A DNA stretch of 64,000 bases from an uncultured Aminicenantes bacterium (GTDB taxonomy: Bacteria > Acidobacteriota > Aminicenantia > UBA2199), in contig CBDAFS010000059.1 in assembly GCA_965195285.1 (NCBI GenBank), forward strand, positions 8,866 through 72,865. The letters are read 5' to 3'. The notes beneath the pieces were generated by a model. It saw only the letters and a program-made list of their open reading frames with translations, had not been told where the DNA came from and did not search any database. This document shows positions 57,924-64,000 of this stretch, piece after piece. Made by a program: the position numbers and the translations under genes. Each line of letters begins with the position of its first letter. The first letter of the stretch is position 1.

Positions 57924-59444
57924 TTACTTTAATTTTATGTATTGATTCAAGTCATGGCTTTTTTGGGAAAGCAAATCCCTGGCCTGGATGTGGAGTTGAA
58001 AATACCCCTTGTGTGCGGAGGGAAGGGGCAGTGAAATGGTGATGGATTTCTCCACCGATTTCAGGGTCTTGGAAGTTTTGAAAACAGTGTTATGCTGATC
58101 ATTCACCAACTCGATCTTGACCGCCATTAATCCGGTCTTTTGATCTTTCACCTTATCAATTTTGAAGTCGGCAATAGTAAACTTGATCTGGTATCCGTTG
58201 ATGGAAAAGTCGGATATATTGATTTTGGGTTCTTTAAGATAATCAATCAAGTTCCGGATTTCACTCTTGAAAAATTTATCTTTATAGTAGATGCTGGCTC
58301 CGGGGATTGATGTTTCAACTTTGATATCCTTGTCTTCTACGTTGCCGTCAAATTCAAAAATCAGGTTGTAATAAAAATCTTTGTTTTTTCGGATGGCCTC
58401 TATCCCTTCTTTCAAGTCAGTGGTATCGATATCCACTCCGCCGGTTTGCTTGGCGAATTCCCTGAGGATGCCTTCATAATCGGGTGATTGATCATCCGGT
58501 GTGCTGATATCCTGGCGCAGGCTTCTGAACAGGATTACATTGTAGCTCAGATTGGCACCCATCAGCAGGTTGTAAATTATCTGCCTGGGAAATTTATCGG
58601 AAATGAGCATGGATTTTTCAAGGGTCAGGAGTCCACTGGAGATGGAGGCGGCTGTGGCCTGTCCTTCGCTTGACGTGACCGACGTCAGGTAAGTGCGGAT
58701 ATTGCTCGCTGCTTTTTTGAATTCTCCCATGGCCGGCATGATCTCCCGCTGCTGAAAATTGATGAACCATTTTTCCCCGCTCTGTTTGGCTAACAACATG
58801 GCTATGGAGGTATACTGCCTCATATCCGGGAACAGGAATTTGGACTTGTAATTACTCCATTCACGGCTGTAATCGTTTAAAAATTGCATGATGGTGTTGG
58901 TGGTCAGGTCTGTGGTGGATCCGCTTCTTCCTCCTGATGTGATACTGCCTCCCTGGTTGACTTTCCGAATTTCCCTGAGCAGGTTTTCCCGGGAAGAGAC
59001 CTTGTTTTTCTTGAAGTCCAGCGAGTCTTTTTTTACGATTTTTTTGATATCCTCGATGATTTTGGTTTTTTTATTGGATAAGGCAATGCGGTACATTTTA
59101 ACCGGAGTAAGAACGATGAGGTTGTCGGTATTCTGCAGAACGTTTTTGACGAAATGGGTGACGCCATCCGAGATCTGCTGGCCGTATTCGGTCAGGTTAA
59201 AGGCCAAAACAAAATTTCTCGGTTCATCGGTTTGATCCAGTGAACGTTTCTGTCCCAGCAGGTCAAGGATCTCCTTTCTCTGTTCGTTGATGTAAAAACT
59301 GAAGTCACTCTTTTTCAGAGTGAGTTCGGGCCCGGTTTTGGATATCACCCGCACCGGCAATTTCAACAGGACTTCATCGTTGGCTACAAGATGCAGGCCA
59401 ACAATAAATATGAATAATAAAACGATTAAGGCGATTTTTTTCAT
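57924..59444 (-). CDS. Exported VWA-related protein
   Basis: Signal peptide; LKKSDF...INEQ, FAKQTGG, YYNL resemble acidobacterial VWA-related proteins; no intact DxSxS. Confidence 0.55.
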   Translation of the reverse strand: MKKIALIVLLFIFIVGLHLVANDEVLLKLPVRVISKTGPELTLKKSDFSFYINEQRKEILDLLGQKRSLDQTDEPRNFVLAFNLTEYGQQISDGVTHFVKNVLQNTDNLIVLTPVKMYRIALSNKKTKIIEDIKKIVKKDSLDFKKNKVSSRENLLREIRKVNQGGSITSGGRSGSTTDLTTNTIMQFLNDYSREWSNYKSKFLFPDMRQYTSIAMLLAKQSGEKWFINFQQREIMPAMGEFKKAASNIRTYLTSVTSSEGQATAASISSGLLTLEKSMLISDKFPRQIIYNLLMGANLSYNVILFRSLRQDISTPDDQSPDYEGILREFAKQTGGVDIDTTDLKEGIEAIRKNKDFYYNLIFEFDGNVEDKDIKVETSIPGASIYYKDKFFKSEIRNLIDYLKEPKINISDFSINGYQIKFTIADFKIDKVKDQKTGLMAVKIELVNDQHNTVFKTSKTLKSVEKSITISLPLPSAHKGYFQLHIQARDLLSQKSHDLNQYIKLK

Positions 59445-59551
59445 TATGTCCTCACTTTGGTTTTCATTATACTATTAAAAAAATAGTATTCTGAATTATA
59501 GCAAACAAAAACCAAAAATCAAAGGAGATAATGAATCGAACCCCCTCCGGT

Positions 59552-59947
59552 CTATTTATCGGTTGTTTCCTGGACCTGGTTTAAACGGATAAAGGTTTTT
59601 TCCTCAAACTGGTTTTCAACGGTGATATCAATCAATACCCATTGGGTTTTATCATCAATCTTCATTTTAAAGTATTTTTGATTGTTTTTAGCAGTCGAAC
59701 TATTGAGTTCAACAATTATAATCAAATCGGCATCGACCATGAAGCGATACTGGCCGTATTTTTGTCCGTTTAAAAAAACCTGCTTGTTGGCTGTAAAATC
59801 TAACAGGTCATTGCCCTCATTGATCCATTGTCCGATAACCAATGACTGAGTATCCTCCATGGTTTTGTCAGCCTGAGGGGGGGGGGAGGAAAACAGGATA
59901 AGCCCCATGGCCATTGAAATGATTATTAGCATGATTGTTTTTTTCAT
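59552..59947 (-). CDS. Exported hypothetical protein
   Basis: Signal peptide, VIGQW motif; SD GGAGG. Confidence 0.7.
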   Translation of the reverse strand: MKKTIMLIIISMAMGLILFSSPPPQADKTMEDTQSLVIGQWINEGNDLLDFTANKQVFLNGQKYGQYRFMVDADLIIIVELNSSTAKNNQKYFKMKIDDKTQWVLIDITVENQFEEKTFIRLNQVQETTDK

Positions 59948-60002
59948 TTTGTCCTCCGTTCTTCAGGTGATATCAACAGGAGAGGTTTTTGGGATAAACG
60001 GT

Positions 60003-60764
60003 TCATCCTTGATTTTGCTCCTCTGGTCGGGAAAATGTCAGGGTTATGGATGAACTGACCTCCGGTGCTCCTTTTTTAATCACCTTAAATTTTATTTCAA
60101 TCTTGTCTTTCCATTTTTTTATGGTGTCTTCGCTGAGATCCCAGATTATCTCACCGGTCTTCGGGTTCAGCGATAACCCCGGGTCCTTGGGCGATATCAA
60201 TTCAAAACTCAGGGTGTTTTTTATATCCAGGAATTCATCCGCATCCGGATCCGTGGCCTTGATTTGGTAATGAAACCGGCCCGGGACTTCAAAGGCTACA
60301 ATCGGCGGAAGGTCCAGAATGGGCGTTGCTCCCCGGATCATGATGTATTTGCTCTTGGCCATTCCGGATTTGAGTTCGCCATTGATGGCTTTGATCCGGC
60401 AGTGTACCCAGTCTCCGCTTTTGAACCGGTCACTGGGGAGTACCGGTGTCTTGATATCAATGATTTCCTTGTCGTTGACAAACCAGCGGTAGTTGAATAT
60501 GACCAAATTGTCCTCGGTCTCAAGTGTGGCTAAAACTTCCAGATTTATTTTGGACTGGGCCGGGGTCAGAAATTTTACCTCGGATATCACCGGGAATTCT
60601 CTTTTTTGTTGTTGGGTCGGGGTTTGTTTGGTTTTGAAAGCGTCCGCTTTTTTCATAATTGGTTGAGATGTTGATTCTTTATCCACGGACAAACCGGTTT
60701 CGGATTGAGATCCCCCGCATCCCAATAAAGAATAAACCAAAAAAAGAGAGAGTATAATCTTCAT
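60003..60764 (-). CDS. Lipoprotein with Ig/cadherin-like domains
   Basis: Lipobox LLGC; YRWFVN, YQIKATDPD, TGEIIW; TGATG coupling to the pilY1 stop. Confidence 0.75.
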   Translation of the reverse strand: MKIILSLFLVYSLLGCGGSQSETGLSVDKESTSQPIMKKADAFKTKQTPTQQQKREFPVISEVKFLTPAQSKINLEVLATLETEDNLVIFNYRWFVNDKEIIDIKTPVLPSDRFKSGDWVHCRIKAINGELKSGMAKSKYIMIRGATPILDLPPIVAFEVPGRFHYQIKATDPDADEFLDIKNTLSFELISPKDPGLSLNPKTGEIIWDLSEDTIKKWKDKIEIKFKVIKKGAPEVSSSITLTFSRPEEQNQG

Positions 60765-63700
60765 CAGTCGCGGTCTTCCTTCCAAAAAATGGGCCCGAAA
60801 ATATCGGAGAGGTCAACGGTTTCCTGGGATTGGATATCCGGGCTGCCCGCCACACCCTCGCCGATATAGATTTTAAACTTACCCCCGGACAGGGCGCCGT
60901 ATCCCTGGATTTTACCGGAAAACACATCGGTATCGCTGATGTTAACCGTGGTTCCCATTCCGGTGAGTTTAAAACTGTAGATCCACTGGTTGCCCTCACA
61001 GGCACATGGATCGTCAATTATAACTGAGCCGGGGGCATAGGTGTTAAAATAAACCTGGTAGTTGAGAAACAGAGGGTTGGGCTCGAAGAGTATTTCACTG
61101 GTTTCATTCACATAGGTGAAATAAAATCCCTGGTAGGACGAGAGTGAAACCTCGGAATCGGTGCCCGGGTTGGTAAACGAGGCGGTGATATCGCTCAGAT
61201 TCGCCGTGGTCAGGGCAGGGGAAATATTGCCGCTGTCAATCAATCCGACAAATTGTCCGGTCAGGTTATCTCCGTGATTGGGTTTGGCCCGGTGTCCGGT
61301 TCCGAACAATAACCACAGATTAAAGTTCTGGTCAAAACCCAGGGTGGGCGGGAGAAACAGGGTCTGACCGTCATCGGCCTGGAAAATCAGGTTGGGCCTC
61401 CAGCTCAATGGTACTCCGTTCAGGTTGATCTTCCAGATTCGGCCGCCCTGGCCATTGGTGCCGCGGTAATCACCGCTCTCCATCCAGTAGGCATAATCCG
61501 CATAACCGTCATAATTCTGGTCGATGATCGACGGAGTCGAGGTAAAGGCATATTTGAATCCGGAATTGGTGTGAATATAGGTGCCTCCAACCAGGGTGTC
61601 GGGGTCGGAAGTCGATGCGCCGTATATGAATTTTTTAATGACCACACCGGTATAGGCGTCGAGGATAAAGAATGACTTGCCCTCCAGGTCTCCGGGGGCC
61701 GGGAGTTCATCCTGATTGTAGCCGCCGGTCAAAAACACGGCCGGGAAATGGCTGCCGCTTCCGTCATTGGTCAATTCGGCAATGATGGGTTTGGCTTCGG
61801 TCAATCCCATGGTCGAATCAGTAAATTCCCACAGAAATACCGGGGAGGTGGGATCGGTCACATCCAGGGCGCAATAGGCGTTGCCTCCTATGCCCATGCC
61901 GAAGATCAGGACGGTTTTCCAGTCGGTCCAGTCACCGCTGGTGCCCACCTTGATATCCTTGACAATGGCTTTTCCATCGATAAAATACTGGTGTTGTTCC
62001 AAAGACCCGGTAACATCGGGAACCATATGTTTTAGCTTGGTGAGCAGTGACGGGGGTATAAAGGCCCAGAGTTCTTCTCCGGTTTCCACCTTGAAGCAGT
62101 GAAACATGCCGTCATTGGCACCCACGTAGACCACTTCGGTCCGAACCACCCCGTCCGAGGAGTGGGCCCCGGTCCTGGTGTAGTATTGGAAAAAATCCTG
62201 GTAGCTGGTATCAAAGGCGCCCTTCCAGGGCAGGGGCACGCCTACTACCAGGGGATTGAAGTGAAACACATCCCCTAACTTCCAGTTGTAGCCGTTGTTG
62301 CCCCGGATAAAATCAACCACTTCATCCCGGTCGGTTTCATCCTGGGTGGTATCCCCGCTCGCAAAGCCCAGGTCAGCCGGGCTGATGTTGCCGGTGGTGA
62401 AATCCACCCAGCTACTGCCGATGATGGTATTGATGTCCCGTTCAGTGGTGCGGCTGTTGAGTACCGGACCCGCATCCCAGAGCAGTGCCGAACCGGGATT
62501 TTCCAGATCCGTGGGGAAATCGCCGTTCTCATCTAACAGGTAACACTTCAAATGGCCTTCCCAGAGGGTCTGGTTGTTCTTGGGAACAAAGGTGGCGGCA
62601 TAACCCCGGCGCTCGCTGTAGGTGAGGGAGAATTTCGGGGCGGCAAACGAGGCATAGGCCCTTACCTTTTCATCGATGCTGGCAAACACGTCTTTCATGG
62701 CCTGCAGCAGGGTGTCATAATCCTTGGCCACGAAGTATTCGCCCCCGCCGTTTTCAGCCGTATCAGCCAAAAGCTGGTTGTCGATGGTAAATCCCACGGC
62801 ATAGGTAAAAATAAACTGCTTGTTTTTATAGACTTCCTCAAAATTGCTATCGTTTTTTACTTTATCGGCATCATCCGGATACAGGTCGTTGGTAAAGGCA
62901 AAATAGGCCAAGTCATCCAGGTAATTGGTTCCCAAGGTGGTTCCGCCCAAGGTGGCGGTGTCATCATCATTCTCTATATCGTTGGTATCGCCCCAGGGCG
63001 CGCTGTAGTCATGCACCCAGGAGGTGCCGTCATGGTATCCGGTGTAAAACAGGGAATCACTGGTATGGTTGCGCAGCTCGTCATCCCGGGTGGATTCTCC
63101 ATCAGTCATCACGATGATAAAATTCAGCTGGCACCAGTTGGTAATAGGGGAGTTGGCGGACAGACTACCGGAACTGGAATTACTCAGGGGGAGGAAGTAG
63201 GATAAATTGGATAACGCACAATCCCCGCCGTGGCGGAAGTAGGCCCACTGCTCGGCATAGGTCTCGGCCAGCGGGGTCCAGGTTTCGGCATTGATGCTCT
63301 TGATGAGACTTTCAAAAGCCTGAAAATTGCTGTTGGTCTGGCAGTCATGAACCCGGCTGCCTCCTTCGGGATCACTCTGAGTTCCAAACACCGACAGGCC
63401 GATGCGGGGGTAGGCCTTGTTGGGGTCCGGGTCAGCGTCATAATCATCGAAGATATCCCCGATCACCTCGGTCATCACCCTTTTGGCCACCCGTATCCTC
63501 ACCCGGGTGTCCTCATGAACCGTGAAGTCCGTGGTGTCAACGGTGCCGTAATCGGTAAAATGGCTGACCGCATCCCACTGGGTGGAGGTGGCATGATAGA
63601 ATATCCAGTTGAGATAATTTCCATGATGTCTAATATAATCTCCACCTCCGGTTTCGGGACCACCGAGTAATTTCACAGTTCGGCCATTAACTGTTTGCCA

Positions 63701-63940
63701 GCTTGTACTGGATGGCCATGTATAATCTCCATAAGCAAAACTTCCGCTGTAAATGGTAGAGTGATTATATTCCGGATGAAAGATCACGTTGTTCATGGAA
63801 CCGGAGTTGTCCATCATGATCAACACGTTGGGTTTTAAAATGGAATAGGTGCCGCCGGTAAACAGCACCTCGTCTTCCCAGGCATTGATGATAAAACATA
63901 AACTCAATATAACGACTAAGATTAAAATAATTTTTTTCAT
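60764..63940 (-). CDS. pilY1: Type IV pilus tip adhesin PilY1/PilC
   Basis: Signal peptide; vWA MIDAS DNSGS, TPLAE, MTDGE; WEGHL, LGDVFH, VYVGANDGMFHCF, GEELWAFIP, ALDVTDP; Ca-loop DQNYDGYAD; SD GGAGG. Confidence 0.9.
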   Translation of the reverse strand: MKKIILILVVILSLCFIINAWEDEVLFTGGTYSILKPNVLIMMDNSGSMNNVIFHPEYNHSTIYSGSFAYGDYTWPSSTSWQTVNGRTVKLLGGPETGGGDYIRHHGNYLNWIFYHATSTQWDAVSHFTDYGTVDTTDFTVHEDTRVRIRVAKRVMTEVIGDIFDDYDADPDPNKAYPRIGLSVFGTQSDPEGGSRVHDCQTNSNFQAFESLIKSINAETWTPLAETYAEQWAYFRHGGDCALSNLSYFLPLSNSSSGSLSANSPITNWCQLNFIIVMTDGESTRDDELRNHTSDSLFYTGYHDGTSWVHDYSAPWGDTNDIENDDDTATLGGTTLGTNYLDDLAYFAFTNDLYPDDADKVKNDSNFEEVYKNKQFIFTYAVGFTIDNQLLADTAENGGGEYFVAKDYDTLLQAMKDVFASIDEKVRAYASFAAPKFSLTYSERRGYAATFVPKNNQTLWEGHLKCYLLDENGDFPTDLENPGSALLWDAGPVLNSRTTERDINTIIGSSWVDFTTGNISPADLGFASGDTTQDETDRDEVVDFIRGNNGYNWKLGDVFHFNPLVVGVPLPWKGAFDTSYQDFFQYYTRTGAHSSDGVVRTEVVYVGANDGMFHCFKVETGEELWAFIPPSLLTKLKHMVPDVTGSLEQHQYFIDGKAIVKDIKVGTSGDWTDWKTVLIFGMGIGGNAYCALDVTDPTSPVFLWEFTDSTMGLTEAKPIIAELTNDGSGSHFPAVFLTGGYNQDELPAPGDLEGKSFFILDAYTGVVIKKFIYGASTSDPDTLVGGTYIHTNSGFKYAFTSTPSIIDQNYDGYADYAYWMESGDYRGTNGQGGRIWKINLNGVPLSWRPNLIFQADDGQTLFLPPTLGFDQNFNLWLLFGTGHRAKPNHGDNLTGQFVGLIDSGNISPALTTANLSDITASFTNPGTDSEVSLSSYQGFYFTYVNETSEILFEPNPLFLNYQVYFNTYAPGSVIIDDPCACEGNQWIYSFKLTGMGTTVNISDTDVFSGKIQGYGALSGGKFKIYIGEGVAGSPDIQSQETVDLSDIFGPIFWKEDRD

Positions 63941-63950
63941 ATTATCCTCC

Positions 63951-64000
63951 CTAATATTCCGATGACAGCAGAACCACCACCGAATTGACCTGTTTGCGGG
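63951..64000 (-). CDS. C-terminal fragment of the upstream gene (possibly a PilX-like minor pilin)
   Basis: Frame ...QVNSVVVLLSSEY* ends just before the pilY1 SD; identity inferred from position only. Confidence 0.35.
   Translation of the reverse strand, partial: RKQVNSVVVLLSSEY

Noticed and set aside
1-64000. CRISPR arrays, IS elements, prophage, stop-codon recoding, and apparent CCGG abundance
   Set aside because: No spaced repeats, transposase or phage genes seen; recognised proteins are full length under the standard code; CCGG enrichment cannot be separated from codon usage without a Markov-model count.

Overview
A densely coding bacterial chromosome segment from a diderm anaerobe. Gene content and order (amidase-GerMN-murI, DUF6677-like pair, VWA-related protein, DUF362/polyferredoxin) suggest Acidobacteriota/Ca. 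Aminicenantes, but this is inference only. It contains four tRNAs (Val, Asp, Glu, Lys), a tmRNA with a short ANDFALAA tag, and housekeeping genes (murI, gpsA, plsY, thpR, truA, rpmB, pgpA, rimO, gmhA, gdhA, pgi, lepA, tatA, rfbA, rfbB, glmS, ugd). It also carries a hybrid histidine kinase, an FHA-GAF adenylate cyclase and the end of a type IV pilus operon (pilY1). I found no rRNA, CRISPR array, integrase or transposase. The best candidates for undescribed biology are: (1) an envelope-tailoring cluster of an MBOAT/AlgJ-like pair, a Thr-nucleophile sulfatase-fold enzyme and two divergent paralogous GT-C-like membrane proteins; (2) a tandem-MerR regulator with LiuR-like operators coupled to a B12-binding radical SAM enzyme among phospholipid genes; (3) a compositionally foreign 52-codon patch inside pilY1; (4) several apparently leaderless genes. 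All product calls come from motif recognition by eye, not database searches.
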